Positions 61,642-64,000 of a DNA stretch of 64,000 bases are shown piece after piece; the stretch's first letter is position 1; every line of letters begins with the position of its first letter. The notes below the pieces were generated by a model. That model searched no databases, was not told the DNA's origin, and saw nothing but the letters and a program-made list of their open reading frames with translations. This DNA is from Lobosporangium transversale (Eukaryota), in the NCBI RefSeq assembly GCF_002105155.1, contig NW_019029001.1:124001-188000 (forward strand). The letters run 5' to 3'. Both the position numbers and the translations under genes were made by a program.

Positions 61642-64000
61642 CTAGCTTTGGATAGGGCCGAGTCGTGGTGAGGATCGTGGGGTTGGAAGTGACCGTTCCA
61701 TGCTGCCAACACTCCTATCACTATCCTCACTGTTCCTAGAGGCTGTCCAAGTATGACTAACTGTAAATGGAGCTGTCTTGATTGATGTTGTATCCTGATT
61801 CACTGCTAGATCTCTATTCACAATCAACGTCGAGTGGGGAAATCCTGTCTCTACTACTTCTGTCGTCGATGACATAATCTCTACAGCATGAGGATGCATT
61901 ATAGGAGGTTCAGAGCCGCTGCCTCGGGTGGTTGATTTTAAATGGTCTGGCATGCCAGACTGAGATAATGCCTCATCTACTATTCTTTTATAAGCCTTTT
62001 CGTTATAAACATCATGGATTCCATCGCCAGGCGTGTTTCCATAAGGGACTGCGGTAGAAAACAAACAATAAAATAAAAATAAAAATAAGATAGAGGCTAA
62101 AAAAATATAAATAAAAAAGTAGGAAAACTAGGTATGTCACTTACCAAACCATAGCCACCATGATGGGCCCATGATACTCTTCCAGTTACCCATCAATGAG
62201 CCGCGGTGCCATAACTGTTCGCCAGGCTCAACTTTGACAACGTTGAAACCTTGTCCTGACCAATAAGGAGAAGACGAGAAAGAAGACGCTAGGGCTGGGT
62301 CCGATCTGATGTATTGAACTCGAACGAAAGTAGCTCTTACATCCTGTAAAGACTCAATTGTTGTCCGATTTTTGAGGATATAATCAGTGTGAGCCGCCGT
62401 GAACGAGACAATGAGCAAACCCAACAGAAAAGCTACAGCGGTCATAATCGGCCAGTGTGTATTAAACACACAACGAGGTTGAGTATCATGTCCATCAGCG
62501 TCTGAACCATTCAACGGAGAGTTTATCTCGCACCGCCGTACAGCAGATGTAATCATAGGTATCATCGTTGTAACAACAAAGACAGAGATTACAGAGGCAT
62601 AGAAAATGAATAGATAAAAAAACTTGTGATTGTTATAGCCGATACAGCCTCTGACCCAAGGACAATGGTGGTCCATCCTGAGTACGCATTTATCGCATTC
62701 GGAACAATGGTGGCACCGGTCTGGTTTGACGATCTTACATATATCGCACCATCGAGGACGGCCATCTCGCTTAGCAATGCTGAGGGTGGCAATAGGTTTC
62801 TCCGCACGCCTCTTTCCATGTGTGGCTTGTTTTATCCTTTTATCGATATCAATTCTAAAAGAGCCATTTCCTTTATCGTTGCATTGAATCATTGTCGCCT
62901 GGCTGGAACAACGCCTTTCCTTCTGCTTCATTCCCTCTGCTCCAGAAGATGTCGCTTGATATTGATGTTGCGCACGATTAGAGCCGGTTGTAACGTTATC
63001 AGGCTTCAGCAATGGCGTGGTATCTGTTACTGGTGAATTGAGTCTCTCTCTTCCCTCCCTAAGATCATCCCGAAACGATGGCATCAGCAGGGCTATGGGG
63101 ATTCTTTGAGGTTGATAAGGAGTGGTCGTGGGTGGGATAGGAGGCGTGGGGCTTCTCTGCGGTGGCTAGTGAAAAGTAGTCCAGAGTAACATGCGCATAA
63201 TATTTTTAAAGTTTCCGTGATCAGTCTATGTACTAGCACGAACGGAACACTAAACGTAAGACAACAAATGATAGCATACATCCAATGGAGATCCTGGCCC
63301 ACAGTTGAGACAACGGATATATGAGATAAAGAAGAGCAGCGATAGAGTATTAATCACGCCCAAATAAAGACCTAGGGTAGTAAAAAAGATCATCAGGCAT
63401 ACATCAACATATGTACCCACATGTCAAGCATACACCCCTTTATTGGCAATCTATCCAGCTCTGGAGGTCTCAAGAAATTGTGGAAAGTCGTCGGTGCTAA
63501 TAACCACATGTTACTCCTGCTAGTCTTCATCGTTACCTGCCTGTAGGGGACGACGCTGCTCATGAAGTATAAAGTCAACTTGTATCGACAATAGAAACAT
63601 AAAAAAGCTCATTAATATTATCAAATCAACTATGCGCAGCAATGAGATGAAGGCATGCAGAAAACTATGGGAGAATAAAACAGAAACTTCAAAGAAAGTA
63701 AGGAAAGACAAAAGAGGAACAAAAATGAACTTACTGCAAACTCGAAAGCTGAAGACATAGTAGATGTAGCCTATGACCAGAGCAAGCCCCAGAGGCATTA
63801 ATGGTTGAACTACATCGCGCACCACATCCAAAGCCAAGGATGATGAGGGATTTGAGCCCGAATTTGTCCCTGCGCCTTGTGCGCTGGCAATGATAGCCAT
63901 ACTATCATTTGCAGCAGCCAAGGCAGCCGCACGCTGAGCAGCAGCTAATGCTGAAGAATGAACCTTGTATCCGTCCACTGTAACTGTGACGGCCGAAGTA
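61642..64000 (-). CDS. DHHC palmitoyltransferase (Pfa3/ZDHHC2-like), multi-exon, 5' end may lie outside the window
   Basis: WCDICKIVKPDRCHHCSECDKCVLRMDHHCPWVRGCIGYNNHKFF, NRTTIE, NWKSIMG..WWLW; TM helices. Confidence 0.92.

Overview
Intron-rich fungal genomic DNA. Protein families and long poly-A/T introns suggest an early-diverging fungus such as Mortierellaceae (inference). About 1-43 kb and 58-64 kb are ordinary host genes: carboxypeptidase Y, a histidine phosphatase, a CreA/Mig1-like C2H2 factor with four fingers, Pom33/TMEM33, an orphan protein, importin Nmd5/IPO7, D-2-hydroxyglutarate/D-lactate dehydrogenase, a PH-domain protein, a 2OG-Fe(II) oxygenase, a DPP8/9-like S9B peptidase, a frameshifted amidohydrolase and a DHHC palmitoyltransferase. 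The 43-58 kb interval is a nest of mobile DNA. (i) A decayed minus-strand gene joins an N-terminal FEN1/XPG-type PIN nuclease to a C-terminal Fanzor/TnpB-like RuvC-Zn-finger module, followed by a hairpin-rich candidate omega-RNA. (ii) A second, truncated PIN-type copy is split by (iii) an intact-looking 6983-bp IS630/Tc1/mariner element with a DD88E transposase, TA target duplication and 1352-bp TIRs. That element carries an intact spliced PD-(D/E)XK nuclease cargo gene, and each TIR holds a 188-bp tandem array whose hairpins are conserved across diverged units. All gene models and alignments were made by eye; no database searches were run.
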